Positions 10,506 to 21,899 are shown, counted from the first letter of the stretch. The stretch is 39,293 nt of DNA from Kofleriaceae bacterium (GCA_046597055.1 JBKJLC010000100.1:1-39293); one strand, 5' to 3'. Program-made: numbers and translations. The notes: generated from the letters alone by a model not told the origin.

Positions 10506-11069
10506 TCACCAGGTGCAGCGGGCGACCTCGTCGAGCGCACGGGCCGCGAGCGCGCACTGCTCGAACGCGAGCGACGGCGCCTCGGTCTTGCAGCGGGCGA
10601 GCGCCCGATCGGCGTCGGTGACCAGGTACGCGTCGACGTCGTTGCCGGTGGGCAGCGTGGCGAAGTGCGACTCGAGCTTCGCACAGTCGCCGATGCCGAT
10701 CGGTCGCGGGCACGCGCGCAGCTCGGCGCGGTTCCGGGCGCGCACCAGGCACGCGCCGTCGCGCTCCGACAGGCGGCCGGTCTCGCACTGGCGGCCGACC
10801 TCGGCGACGAACGCGTCGCGCTGGGCGCGCGGCGTGTAGTTGTCGAGGAACCGGAACGACAGCTGCTTGCCGACCGCGGCGCAGTCGGCCGGTGGCGGGC
10901 GCACGCACAGGTCCGACAGGCAGGTCAGGCCGTCGTCGCAGGCGCGACCGCGCTTGCACGGCCCGCGCTCGGCACCGGCGACACCGTCGGACGGTGCGTC
11001 GGCTCGGCACCCCGCGAGCGCGAGCACGGCGAGGCGGGCCAGGTGGTGGCGCGTCATGGCCGCCATCAC
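10506..11069 (-). CDS. Cys-rich lipoprotein with two C-x30/31-C-x11-C-x12-C repeats
   Basis: Lipobox LAGC; CKRGRACDDGLTCLSDLC module then two repeats; start GTG 11069 (GTGA overlap) or ATG 11066/11057. Confidence 0.75.
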   Translation of the reverse strand: MMAAMTRHHLARLAVLALAGCRADAPSDGVAGAERGPCKRGRACDDGLTCLSDLCVRPPPADCAAVGKQLSFRFLDNYTPRAQRDAFVAEVGRQCETGRLSERDGACLVRARNRAELRACPRPIGIGDCAKLESHFATLPTGNDVDAYLVTDADRALARCKTEAPSLAFEQCALAARALDEVARCTW

Positions 11070-11518
11070 CGCTCGGCCGGGGCCAGCGTCGCGAGCGCCG
11101 CGGTCAGCGCGGGGTCGCCAGCACAGCGCGTGACCAGCGCGTCGATGCGCGCGAGGGCCGCGGCCAACCGGGGCGCGGCAGCCTCGAACCGCGCGTCGAC
11201 CTCGGCGCGTCGAGCGCCGCGGGTCGCGTCGTCGAGGATCGTGCGGTCGGCGGTGCGGGCCGCGATCAGCGTGCGCGCGCGGTCGCCGGCGGCCGGGCAC
11301 GCTGCGCGGTCGAGGAGGGCCAGGGCCTCGTACAGCGCCACCATCGCCGCGGCGGCGGCGATCACTGGATCTCCGGTGGGTGCGGTCGCGGGGCCGGCAT
11401 CGACCGGGCTGGCCGCCGGGGTCGCCGCGGCGATCGGCGCCGGCGGTGGCGCCACCGGGGCGACCCGACACGCCGCCGCCAGCGCGAGGGCGGCCAGGGC
11501 GGGGCCGGGTCGGCTCAA
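11066..11518 (-). CDS. Lipoprotein, paralog 4 of C-x57/58-C-x-x-D family
   Basis: TTG start overlapping upstream stop (TTGA); ALAAAC lipobox; AC-x57-CAGDPALTAAL. Confidence 0.7.
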   Translation of the reverse strand: MSRPGPALAALALAAACRVAPVAPPPAPIAAATPAASPVDAGPATAPTGDPVIAAAAAMVALYEALALLDRAACPAAGDRARTLIAARTADRTILDDATRGARRAEVDARFEAAAPRLAAALARIDALVTRCAGDPALTAALATLAPAER

Positions 11519-11979
11519 ATGCCGCTCATCTTCTCCATGGCGGCCTCGACCGCCGGGTCGGACTGGCAGGGTCCGAGGGCGGTGAACAGCCGCTCGAAGG
11601 TCGGCTTGACCTCCGTCGTGTGCGCCTGCATCCACGCGTCGCCGCGGTCCTGCGCCCCGGGATCCGAGTCGAGCGCGTGGGCGCGCTTCATCAGATCGGA
11701 GTGATTCGCGACGACCTGCTCGATGCCGGCCGCCATCTTCTTGCAGTCGGGCCCGGCCGCGACCACCGCGTCGGCGACCAGGCCGAAGAACTTGACCGCG
11801 TCGCGCATGAGCACGTCGAGCTCGGCCTCGCTGACCGCGGCGCCGGCGGCGGCGGGCGGATCGGCCGGCTCGCTGGTGGGAGCCGCGGCGGGCGTCGGCG
11901 CGGCCGCGGGCTTCGACTTGGCACCACACCCGGTGAGGATGGAGCCCAGAAATACGACGACGACGAGGGCGAAACGCAC
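11515..11979 (-). CDS. Lipoprotein, paralog 3 of C-x57/58-C-x-x-D family
   Basis: LTGC lipobox; DCKKMAAGIE...C (x58) QSDPAVEAAMEKM. Confidence 0.85.
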   Translation of the reverse strand: MRFALVVVVFLGSILTGCGAKSKPAAAPTPAAAPTSEPADPPAAAGAAVSEAELDVLMRDAVKFFGLVADAVVAAGPDCKKMAAGIEQVVANHSDLMKRAHALDSDPGAQDRGDAWMQAHTTEVKPTFERLFTALGPCQSDPAVEAAMEKMSGI

Positions 11980-12075
11980 GCCTCATGGTGCAACGAAAGC
12001 TGGCGCGGCGCCACGCGGGCGGCTCAGGCGCGCGCCGAAAATACAGACGCCGGGCCGACGTGACGCCCGCGACCG

Positions 12076-12110
12076 AAACGAAAAACGCCCGGCCGCGGGG
12101 CCAGGCGCTT
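12076..12110 (-). terminator. Rho-independent terminator downstream of 12154-12738
   Basis: Minus strand GCGCCTGGCC-CCGC-GGCCGGGCGT followed by TTTTCGTTT. Confidence 0.75.
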
Positions 12111-12153
12111 CACGCGACAGCCAGGACCAGGTCCCAGCCGGCTCGAGGCGATC

Positions 12154-12738
12154 TTACAGATCCATCTTCTTCAGCGCGGCCTCGACCTTGGGGTCCTGAC
12201 CACACGCCATCATGCCCGGCATCATCTTCTGCATGACCTTCTCCATGACGCCGTTCTTCTTCATCCACTCCTCCATCTTGCCCTCGGCGGCGGCGTTGCC
12301 CTTCCACTTCTTGGCGTCCTGGATGAAGCCCTGATTGTCGGCGATCACCTTCTCGATGCCGGTCGCCATGGCGTTGCAGTCCTTGGCGTTGGCGGCGACC
12401 ACGTCGCCCAGCGAGTCGATGAGCTTGACGGCCTTGGCGCCCGTGGCCTCGACCTCGGCGTCCGACGGGACCGGACCGGTCGCGGCGGCCGCGGCGGGAT
12501 CGCCGGCCGGGGGAACCACGGTGGCGCCCGGGTCGCCGGCAGGCGGCGTGGTCGGGGTGGTCGGGGTGGTCGTGGTGGTCGTGGTGGTCGTCGTCGTGCC
12601 CGCCGCGGCGGTGCCGGTGCCGGTGCCCGTGCCCGTGCCGGTGCCCACGGCCGGGGTGTTGACGGCGTCGTCCTTCTTCTTGCAGCCGGCAAACAGGGTG
12701 GCGGCAGCGAACATCGCGATCAGGGTCCAGCGCTTCAT
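12154..12738 (-). CDS. Lipoprotein, paralog 2 of C-x57/58-C-x-x-D family; Gly/Thr linker and Met-rich C-terminus
   Basis: FAGC lipobox; (GT)n and poly-T/TP linker; DCNAMATGIE...C (x57) GQDPKVEAALKKM; AAAGGA SD upstream. Confidence 0.9.
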   Translation of the reverse strand: MKRWTLIAMFAAATLFAGCKKKDDAVNTPAVGTGTGTGTGTGTAAAGTTTTTTTTTTTPTTPTTPPAGDPGATVVPPAGDPAAAAATGPVPSDAEVEATGAKAVKLIDSLGDVVAANAKDCNAMATGIEKVIADNQGFIQDAKKWKGNAAAEGKMEEWMKKNGVMEKVMQKMMPGMMACGQDPKVEAALKKMDL

Positions 12739-12832
12739 CAGAAATCCTTTTGGATGACGCCGAGGCGTCGGAGGGGGACTGAATTACACGAACGGCCGCC
12801 GGGGGCAACAGGAACTCGTGCGGGAGCGGGGC

Positions 12833-13276
12833 CTACAACGTGGGCATCCGCTCCATCGCGTCCATCACGCCGCGGTCGTCACGGCACCGGGCCAGCCCGG
12901 CCGAGATCCGCTCGACCAGCGGCGCGACCACGCCGGCGCGCGAATCCAGTTCGGCGGTCAGCGTGGGGCCTGCCACCGGGTCGTCGCCCTGGGCCTTGGC
13001 GAGCTCGAACAGCGGCTGGCTGCGGTCGAACAGCTCGCCGAGCTGGCGGGCCAGGGTCGGACAGTCGGGTGTGGCGTCGGTGATCGCGGCCATGGTGCCG
13101 AGCACCTCGGCCAGGCTCGCCGCCAGCTCGGCCAGCGCCGCGCGATCGAGCGTGGCGGGCCCGGCGTCGACCGGCGGCGCGGCCGGGGCGCTGGGCTGGC
13201 CGCGGCCTCCACCGCAGGCGGCGAGGGCGATCGTCAGCACGACGGCCCGGGGGATCAGCGCGGTGCGTGGGATCAT
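12833..13276 (-). CDS. Lipoprotein, paralog 1 of C-x57/58-C-x-x-D family
   Basis: LAAC lipobox; DCPTLA...C (x58) RDDRGVMDAMERM; ATGA overlap with upstream gene. Confidence 0.82.
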   Translation of the reverse strand: MIPRTALIPRAVVLTIALAACGGGRGQPSAPAAPPVDAGPATLDRAALAELAASLAEVLGTMAAITDATPDCPTLARQLGELFDRSQPLFELAKAQGDDPVAGPTLTAELDSRAGVVAPLVERISAGLARCRDDRGVMDAMERMPTL

Positions 13277-15054
13277 GGGGTCCATCGGAACACGCGCGCG
13301 GTCGCGGTGGTGAGCACGACCAGATCGTCGTGGCCGTCGCCATCGACATCCTCGTGCCGCAGGCGGGGCGCGTCGCCCGCGATCGGCCCGGAGATGCCGG
13401 ACACCGACCAGGTCTCGGCCGGCATGCCGCCGACGCGATCCTGCAGGCTGACCTGCAGGCGGGTCGCGCCGCCTGCCCCGATCGCGGCGATCACGTCACG
13501 GCTGTCGTTCTGCGGGTCGGCGTCGCCGTCGGGCGCGAGCGCGGTGATCACGATCGACGACGCGACCCCGGCCAGCGCGGTGTCGACCGCGTCGTTGCCG
13601 ATGAACAGGTCGACCGTCCCGATCCGGATCGCCGCGAAGCTCACCACCCGCGGCCCGGTGAGGGTCACCGCGACTCCGACCAGCCCGACCCCGGTGCGGC
13701 CGAGCGTGGTGAACGCCGACATGATCGGGAGCGCGCGCGGCGTCGGCTCGTCGGCGACGTACGCGACCAACGCCAGGTCGGGCCGGCGCACCGCCACGAC
13801 CTGCTTGCCGCCCGCGCAGCCCTGGCCGGCGACCTGCCCGACCTGCCGCGGATCGATCGCGCCGGTGGCGGGATCGCGGCGGCCGTTGAGCGCGCTGGCC
13901 AGGAACGCCATCGCGGTGCCGGCGGCCGACGGCACGCCCGGGCGATCGTAGGCGACCCAGGTCTGCGAACGATCGTCGCCGTCGACGCTGGCCCGCAGCG
14001 CCAGGAGGCTGGCCGGCGCCTCGAGCCCGCAGCCGTCGATCGCCACCAGCTCGGTCGCGGGCCCGAACCCGGCCGCGCTGCCGCCGATGCTGTCGAAGCC
14101 GCCGGCACCCAGCCGCACCCAGCCGAGATCGCCGACGATCGAGAAGATCCGACCGTTCCAGCCGACCAGCGCGCGCACGCCGGGCGCCGCGATCGCGGGC
14201 TCGCGGACGAACCCGCCGGCGGCCGCGTCGTAGCGGATCGAGACCACCTCGGGCTCGTCGATCGGCACGTGCAGCCCGAGCAGCGCCCAGGCCGGGTCGG
14301 AGACCACGACCCAGCTCGGGTCGTCGCGGCCGTTGCGGGTCGTGGTGTCGACCGCGAGCGCCTCGCCATTGCCATCGAGGATCTCGGGCCACAGCCGCAG
14401 CCCGGGCACCACCACCGGCTCGGCCCACGGCACCCGGATCACGGTCTGCTGCGGACCCGCGCCGGCCAGGGTCAGTTCGGGCAGGGTCGCGAGCCCGTGA
14501 TCGGTGACCGGGTAGGGCGCGGTCAGCTCGACCTTGCCGGCGCCGCCGCGCAGCTCGGCCCGCACCGGCAGGCCGTCGATCGGCTGGCCACCGGGCCACG
14601 GCTCGACCACGAACACCTGCTGCGGGCTGGCGTCGACCTGGGCGATCGCGCGCACCCGCGGCGCGATCATCGCGGTCACCGCGACCACGGTGTCGTCGGT
14701 GATGTCGCCGAGCTCGGTGCAGCCGCCCGCGATGCGGCGGCCGCCGGCATCGCGGCCCTCGACCACGATCAACTTGGGGCCGAGCCGCGGTACCCCGCTC
14801 AGGCGGGGCGCGTCGCCGATGTGGGTGACCGCGCGCCGGCCCCCCTCGAGCACCGCGGCGGGCAGCTCGCCGTACTCGACCTGCGGGCAGGTCGCGGGCG
14901 CGCCGGTGGCGTCCTCGAGCACCACCACCGACAGCGCCACCGAGTCGAGCCGCGGGGTCAAGCCGCCCTGGTACGTGATGACGACGTCGAGCGATGGATC
15001 GCTGCACGCGGCGCCGAGCGCGATCCCGATCACGAGCCCGACCTGGCGCCGCAC
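13273..15054 (-). CDS. Large lipoprotein, beta-rich, with C-terminal FG-GAP/VCBS-like DxDGDG motif
   Basis: GAAC lipobox; VEGRDAGGRRIAGGC; DVDGDGHDDLVVL near C-terminus. Confidence 0.75.
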   Translation of the reverse strand: MRRQVGLVIGIALGAACSDPSLDVVITYQGGLTPRLDSVALSVVVLEDATGAPATCPQVEYGELPAAVLEGGRRAVTHIGDAPRLSGVPRLGPKLIVVEGRDAGGRRIAGGCTELGDITDDTVVAVTAMIAPRVRAIAQVDASPQQVFVVEPWPGGQPIDGLPVRAELRGGAGKVELTAPYPVTDHGLATLPELTLAGAGPQQTVIRVPWAEPVVVPGLRLWPEILDGNGEALAVDTTTRNGRDDPSWVVVSDPAWALLGLHVPIDEPEVVSIRYDAAAGGFVREPAIAAPGVRALVGWNGRIFSIVGDLGWVRLGAGGFDSIGGSAAGFGPATELVAIDGCGLEAPASLLALRASVDGDDRSQTWVAYDRPGVPSAAGTAMAFLASALNGRRDPATGAIDPRQVGQVAGQGCAGGKQVVAVRRPDLALVAYVADEPTPRALPIMSAFTTLGRTGVGLVGVAVTLTGPRVVSFAAIRIGTVDLFIGNDAVDTALAGVASSIVITALAPDGDADPQNDSRDVIAAIGAGGATRLQVSLQDRVGGMPAETWSVSGISGPIAGDAPRLRHEDVDGDGHDDLVVLTTATARVFRWTP

Positions 15055-15060
15055 CCGATC

Positions 15061-15090
15061 ACCTTACCAGGCGACGCGCTCGGGTATCCT
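15061..15090. promoter_or_regulatory. Back-to-back -10 boxes (TAAGGT on minus, TATCCT on plus), each 6 nt before a GTG start
   Basis: ACCTTA 15061-15066 and TATCCT 15085-15090, 18 nt apart, in a 42-bp divergent gap. Confidence 0.6.
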
Positions 15091-15096
15091 CGGCCC

Positions 15097-16461
<1,365 letters not shown>

Positions 16462-16470
16462 AGGCCCGGC

Positions 16471-18081
16471 GTGAGCGCGCGGTTCAACCTCGGCCAGTAC
16501 GAGGTCCTGCAGGCGCTGCGGTCGGGCGGCATGGGCGAGGTCGTGCTGGCGCGGCGCCGCGGCCCCGGTGGCTTCGAGCAGCTGTGCGCGGTGAAGACCA
16601 TCCGCGGCGAGCTCGCGACCGCGCCGGCGGTGCGCACGATGTTCCTCGACGAGGCCCGGCTGCTGGCGCGGCTCACCCACCCGGCGATCGCGCAGATCCT
16701 CGACGTCGGCGAGGACGGCGGGACGCTCTACATGGTGATCGAGTACGTGCCGGGCGTGCAGTTCCGCCGGTTCGGCGAGCTGCGGCCGCCGCCGGCGATC
16801 GTGTGCGCGGCGATGGCCCAGGCCTGCCGGGGCCTGCACGCCGCCCACGAGCTGCGCGACGTCGCCGATGATCACTTGCTCGGCGTGGTCCATCGCGACA
16901 TCAGCCCCGACAACCTGATGCTCGGCTTCGACGGGCGGGTGAAGGTGCTCGACTTCGGGATCGCGCTGGTGCGCGGACGCCACGCGCCGGTGACCGAGCT
17001 GGGGGTGCTCAAGGGCAAGCCACCGTACATGTCACCCGAGCAGGTCAAGAACCAGGCGCTCGATCGTCGCTCCGACGTGTTCAGCGCGTGCGTGGTGCTG
17101 CACGAGCTGCTGACCGGCGAGCCCCTGTTCCAGGGCGACTCGATCTACGCGGTCGCGCGGGCGGTCGCCTACGATCCGATCCTCCCGCCGTCGACGCGGG
17201 CCGGCCCGCTGCCGCTCGAGCTCGATCAGGTCGTGCTGGCCGGGCTCGAGCGCGATCACGACCAGCGGCTGGCGAGCGCGGGCGCGCTGGCCGAGGTGCT
17301 CGAGCGGATCGCGGCCCAGACCGCGACCGAGAGCCTCGAGGCGTGGGTCGATCGCGCGCTCGCGGTCGAGCGGGCCGAGCACCGGGCGTGGCTGGCGACC
17401 GTGGTGGCGGCGACCCGCCAGCTGTCGGCGGTCGGGGTCGGGCGACCGACCGGCACCGTCACCGCGATCGACGCCGAGGCCGCGCGCGTACCCACGCAGC
17501 TGGCGCCCGAGGTCGCGCCGCCGCCGCCGGACGAGCCCGCGGTCGTGGGTCGCCGGTCCCGGTGGCGCCGGCGCACCGCGGCGCTGCTGGTGCTCGCGGT
17601 CGCCGCGATCGCCGGGTGGTTCGTCGTCGTCGACGGCCCCGCCCGCGCGCCGGGCGTCGTGGCCGAGGCCGGCACGGTCGATGCGCCGATCGTCGTCGAT
17701 GCCGCGGCGCTGGTGCCCGGGTCAGTCGATGCCGACGTCGACCTCGACGCCACGAGCGCGCGCGACGCGGGGCGCCGCGGCCCGCGCGATGCCGGCGCGC
17801 GGTCGCCGGTCGACGCCATCGTGACGGCGCGGCCGTTCGATGCCGCGCGGGCCCCGATCGACGCCGCCGCGATCACCGCCGATGGCTTCGTGACCATCCA
17901 CGCCACGCCCTACGCCGACATCGAGCTCGATGGCGCGCCGTGGGGCGTGACCCCGGTGTTCAAGCGCCGGCTCCGCGCGGGTCGCCACGTGGTCACGCTG
18001 CGCAGCCCGGACGACGGCCGCGTAATCCTGCGGCGCGAGATTGACGTCGTGCCAGGAAAAATCGTCGAGGTGGCGCCGTGA
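16471..18081 (+). CDS. Ser/Thr protein kinase with TM helix and C-terminal PEGA-like domain
   Basis: [75 protein letters not shown]. Confidence 0.9.
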   Translation: MSARFNLGQYEVLQALRSGGMGEVVLARRRGPGGFEQLCAVKTIRGELATAPAVRTMFLDEARLLARLTHPAIAQILDVGEDGGTLYMVIEYVPGVQFRRFGELRPPPAIVCAAMAQACRGLHAAHELRDVADDHLLGVVHRDISPDNLMLGFDGRVKVLDFGIALVRGRHAPVTELGVLKGKPPYMSPEQVKNQALDRRSDVFSACVVLHELLTGEPLFQGDSIYAVARAVAYDPILPPSTRAGPLPLELDQVVLAGLERDHDQRLASAGALAEVLERIAAQTATESLEAWVDRALAVERAEHRAWLATVVAATRQLSAVGVGRPTGTVTAIDAEAARVPTQLAPEVAPPPPDEPAVVGRRSRWRRRTAALLVLAVAAIAGWFVVVDGPARAPGVVAEAGTVDAPIVVDAAALVPGSVDADVDLDATSARDAGRRGPRDAGARSPVDAIVTARPFDAARAPIDAAAITADGFVTIHATPYADIELDGAPWGVTPVFKRRLRAGRHVVTLRSPDDGRVILRREIDVVPGKIVEVAP

Positions 18082-18162
18082 GATTCCGGGAGTGGTCGCG
18101 GCCTGGCACGATCCGCGGCGATTGTGCGTGACCGCCGGCGCCGGCGGGAATCCAATCGACGG

Positions 18163-21100
18163 GTGGGGAGCACACTCGCCCAGACGCTGGCCGACGGTCG
18201 GTTCCGGATCACCCGGGTGGTGGGCGAGGGCGGCATGGGCGTGGTCTACGAGGCGTTCGACCGCGAGCAACGCGGGCCGATCGCCCTCAAGATGATGCGG
18301 ACCCCGAGCGGCGACGCGATCTTGCGCCTCAAGAACGAGTTCCGGTCGCTGCGCGACGTGCGCCACGACAACTTGATCCGCCTCGGCGAGCTGTTCGCCG
18401 ATGGCCACGACTGCTTCTTCACGATGGAGCTGGTCGACGGGGTCGAGCTGCTCGATCACGTGTGGAACCACCAGTCGTGGCCGCGCCGCGCGCGCACGCG
18501 CACCACGCTGGCCGGGTCCGGTCGTGCGCCCGACGAGCGAACGACCTGGGACGCCGACACGCTGCGGGTCGAGGTGCTGTTCGACGAGCCGCGGCTGCGC
18601 GCGGCGCTGCGCCAGGTCGCCGAAGCGCTGGCCGCGCTGCACCAGGCCGGCAAGGTCCACCGCGACATCAAGCCGACCAACGTGATGGTCACCACCGGCG
18701 GGCGGGTGGTGCTGCTCGACTTCGGGCTGGCGGTTGACCACGGCGATGCGCTCACCGCCGGCTCGATCGAGGGGACCATCGAGTACATGGCGCCCGAGCA
18801 GGCCAGCGGCGAGCCGGCCGAGTCGCCGGCCGATGTCTACGCGCTCGGGGTCGTGCTGTACGAGGCGCTGACCGGTCGACCGCCGTTCGTCGGCGAGCCG
18901 CTCGCGGTGCTGTCGAACAAGCGCGTGCTCGACCCGCCGCCGCCGAGCGCGCTGTTCGCCGGGGTCCCGCCCGATCTCGACGTGCTGTGCCTGGCGATGC
19001 TGGGCCGCGATCCGGCGCGGCGTCCATCGGGGATCGAGGTGGCGGCGGCGCTCGGCGATGCCGCGCAAGGCGCCGGCCGCCGGCCCCGGGCGACCGCGCC
19101 GGTTCCCGCGGTGGCGTTCGTCGGGCGTGGCGACGAGCTGGCCGAGCTGCACCGCGCGTTCGTCGCCAGCCAGACCCGCCCGGTGGCCATCATGGTCGCC
19201 GGCGAGTCGGGGCTCGGCAAGAGCACGCTCATGCGTCAGTTCGCCGGCGCGCTGCGCTCGACCGGCGCGCTGCTGTTCGCCGGCCGCTGCCACGCCCACG
19301 AGAGCGTGCCGTTTCGCGCGTTCGACGGCATCGCCGACGCGCTGTCACGCTACCTGATCGCGCTGCCGCCCGACGAGCGGGCCGAGCTGCTGCCGCGCGA
19401 CGTCCAGGGCTTGAGCCGGCTGTTCAAGGTGTTCGAGCGGCTGGAGCCGCCCGGCTCCGAGCCGGCCACCGGCCTCGACGTCCGCGCGCGCCGGCGCCGC
19501 GCGTTCGCCGCCCTCCACGAGCTCCTGTGCAACCTGGCCGCGCGCGGCCCGCTCGCGCTGGTGATCGACGACCTGCAGTGGATCGACGCCGACAGCCTGC
19601 TGCTGTTCGAGGGCGTGCTGGCGGCGCGGCCGCCGCCCTTGCTGCTGGTCGGGATGATGCGACCGGTGCGCAAGCGGGTCGACCAGCTGCGCCGGGACCT
19701 GCTCGGCCTCGGCGTCGAGGTGCGCGAGCTGGTGCTGCCACCGCTGTCGGCCTCGCAGTGCGTCGAGCTGGCGCGTTCGCTCCTGCCCGACGACGCGGAC
19801 GGCGTGCGCGCGGCCCAGGTGGCGGCCGCCTGCCAGGGCAGCCCGCTGTTCCTCGAGCAGCTGGTGGCCGGCCTGCAGAGCGGCCGCGACTGCGGCGGGA
19901 CCCTCGAGGAGCTGGTGTGGGCGCGCCTGACCGGGCTCGATCCGACCGCGCTCGCCGTGCTCGAGCTGGTCTGCATCGCCGACGTCGCGATCGACCAGGG
20001 CACGATCGGCCGGGCCGCGGCGCTGCCGCGCGCCGCGCTGGCGGCGGTGATCGCGCGGCTCGAGGCGCAGCGCCTGGTCCGCACCACCGGCGCGCGCCGC
20101 CACGATCTGATCGAGCCCTATCACGACCAGGTCCGGCAGGCGACGCAGACCCGGCTGACCTCGGCCCAGCTGCAGCAGCGCCACGCCGCGCTCGCCGAGG
20201 TGCTCGAGCGGCGGGCGGCACCGCCGTGGTTCATCCTCCATCACTGGCTGGCCGCCGGCGAGCCGGCGCGGGCGGTGCCGCACGCGGTCGAGGCCGCGGT
20301 GCGCTCGCAGCACGAGCTGTCGGCGCGTCGGGTCGCGCACCTGTGCGAGGTCGCGCTCGAGCTCCTGCCCGAGGATCACGCGGCGCACCGCCAGCTGTGC
20401 CGCGCGCTGGCGCTGGCGCTGGCCAACTGTGGCCAGGGCGTCGAGGCGGCCGGCTGGTACCTGCGCGCGGCCGCGCAGAGCGACGGGGTCGAGGGGCTCG
20501 AGCTGCGTCGGCTCGCCGGCGAGCACCTGCTGCGCAGCGGCCGGCTCGACCAGGCGTTGCCGGTCTTGCAGGGCGTCCTGGCCGAGGTCGGCGTGCGGCT
20601 GCCGGGCTCGCCGCGGCGCGCGCTGGCGTCGCTGCTGTGGCGGCGGCTGCGGCTGCGCTGGCCCGGGCGGCCCCGGAAGCTGCCGGTCGGCGGGTCCGAG
20701 CGCGCGCGGCTGCGCACCGACGTGTGCCTGTCGTGCGGCGCGTCGCTGGCGATCATCGACAGCATCGCCGGCTCGGCGCTGCACGCGCTCGGCCTGCTCG
20801 AGGCGCGGCGGCTCGGCGAGCCCGACCGGCTGGCGCTGGCGACCGCGTTCGAGGTGGGCTACGCGGCCAGCTTCGGCACCTGCGGGGTCGCGCGCACCGA
20901 GCGCATGATCGCCGAGGCCACCCGGGTGGGCCGAGCCACCACCGCAGCGGTGCCGGCCGCGACGCTGACCTGGATGCGCGGCCTGGCCGCGTACCTGCGC
21001 GCCGACTTCCGGGCCGCGGTGCCGCTGCTCGACGCCGCCGCGCGCGCGTTCGCCGAGACGTGTCCGGGCCACGTGTGGGAGCAGGCCCAGGCCGAGCTGT

Positions 21101-21846
21101 TCGCCGCGTTCGCGGTCTCGCACCTCGGCGAGCTGCGCGAGCTGGCCAGTCGGGTCAGCGAGCTCGAGCGGGTCGCGCGCTGGCACGACGACCGCTACAC
21201 CGCGACCCTGGCCGGCACCGGCAACAGCGTGCTGATCGCGCTCGCGGCCGATCAGCCGGAGCACGCGCGGGCGCGGATCACGACCGCCATGCGCGGCTGG
21301 CCGCAGGTCGGCTTCCACGTCCAGCACCTGCTCGCGCTGCACGCCGAGACCGAGATCGACCTGTACCTGGGCGACGGCGCGGCGGCCTGGGCTCGACTGA
21401 CGACCGCGTGGCCGGTGCTCGAGCGCTCGCTGCTCCTGCGCATCCAGCACCCGCGCGTGTTCACCACCGATCTGCGGGCCCGCGCCGCCCTGGCCAGCGG
21501 TGGCCGCGCGCAGGTCGACGTGGCCGAGCGGTGCGCAGCCCGGCTCGAGCGCGAGCCGTGCCCGTGGGCCGCGGCCCTGGCCCGCGCCCGCCGGGCCGGC
21601 GTCGCCGGTGCCCGGGGCCAGGCCGCCGCGGCCCACGCGCACCTCGCGGCCGCCGCCGACCAGCTCGCCGCGCTCGGGGTCGCGCTGCCGGCCGCGTGCG
21701 CGCGCCTGCGCCTGGCCGCGCTCGACGGCAAGCGCCTCGAGTCCACGCCGGCGTGGCACGAGCTGCGCGACCGCGGCGTCGAGCGCCCCGATCGGCTGAT
21801 GGCGGTCTACGTTCCGTGGCGGACGCTGCCCGCGCTCGGCGGCTGA
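18163..21846 (+). CDS. Ser/Thr protein kinase fused to AAA/STAND-type ATPase and helical (TPR-like) region
   Basis: GEGGMGVV, HRDIKPTN, DFG, YMAPEQ; FVGR..EL, GESGLGKS Walker A, LVIDDLQW Walker B, GSPLFL; start uncertain (GTG 18163). Confidence 0.88.
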   Translation: MGSTLAQTLADGRFRITRVVGEGGMGVVYEAFDREQRGPIALKMMRTPSGDAILRLKNEFRSLRDVRHDNLIRLGELFADGHDCFFTMELVDGVELLDHVWNHQSWPRRARTRTTLAGSGRAPDERTTWDADTLRVEVLFDEPRLRAALRQVAEALAALHQAGKVHRDIKPTNVMVTTGGRVVLLDFGLAVDHGDALTAGSIEGTIEYMAPEQASGEPAESPADVYALGVVLYEALTGRPPFVGEPLAVLSNKRVLDPPPPSALFAGVPPDLDVLCLAMLGRDPARRPSGIEVAAALGDAAQGAGRRPRATAPVPAVAFVGRGDELAELHRAFVASQTRPVAIMVAGESGLGKSTLMRQFAGALRSTGALLFAGRCHAHESVPFRAFDGIADALSRYLIALPPDERAELLPRDVQGLSRLFKVFERLEPPGSEPATGLDVRARRRRAFAALHELLCNLAARGPLALVIDDLQWIDADSLLLFEGVLAARPPPLLLVGMMRPVRKRVDQLRRDLLGLGVEVRELVLPPLSASQCVELARSLLPDDADGVRAAQVAAACQGSPLFLEQLVAGLQSGRDCGGTLEELVWARLTGLDPTALAVLELVCIADVAIDQGTIGRAAALPRAALAAVIARLEAQRLVRTTGARRHDLIEPYHDQVRQATQTRLTSAQLQQRHAALAEVLERRAAPPWFILHHWLAAGEPARAVPHAVEAAVRSQHELSARRVAHLCEVALELLPEDHAAHRQLCRALALALANCGQGVEAAGWYLRAAAQSDGVEGLELRRLAGEHLLRSGRLDQALPVLQGVLAEVGVRLPGSPRRALASLLWRRLRLRWPGRPRKLPVGGSERARLRTDVCLSCGASLAIIDSIAGSALHALGLLEARRLGEPDRLALATAFEVGYAASFGTCGVARTERMIAEATRVGRATTAAVPAATLTWMRGLAAYLRADFRAAVPLLDAAARAFAETCPGHVWEQAQAELFAAFAVSHLGELRELASRVSELERVARWHDDRYTATLAGTGNSVLIALAADQPEHARARITTAMRGWPQVGFHVQHLLALHAETEIDLYLGDGAAAWARLTTAWPVLERSLLLRIQHPRVFTTDLRARAALASGGRAQVDVAERCAARLEREPCPWAAALARARRAGVAGARGQAAAAHAHLAAAADQLAALGVALPAACARLRLAALDGKRLESTPAWHELRDRGVERPDRLMAVYVPWRTLPALGG

Positions 21847-21870
21847 GCGCGCCGCGCCCGCGTCGGCGGT

Positions 21871-21899
21871 TGGCGCGACCGGCTGGCGAGCTGGCGCGA
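21871..21899 (+). promoter_or_regulatory. Direct repeat TGGCGCGA with 21-bp period upstream of the AraC gene
   Basis: Copies at 21871-21878 and 21892-21899; a two-helical-turn period is typical of AraC/XylS operators. Confidence 0.35.

Noticed and set aside
18104..18120. TGGCACG sigma54 -24 box before the kinase-ATPase
   Set aside because: No GC at the required N10 spacing (reads GG)
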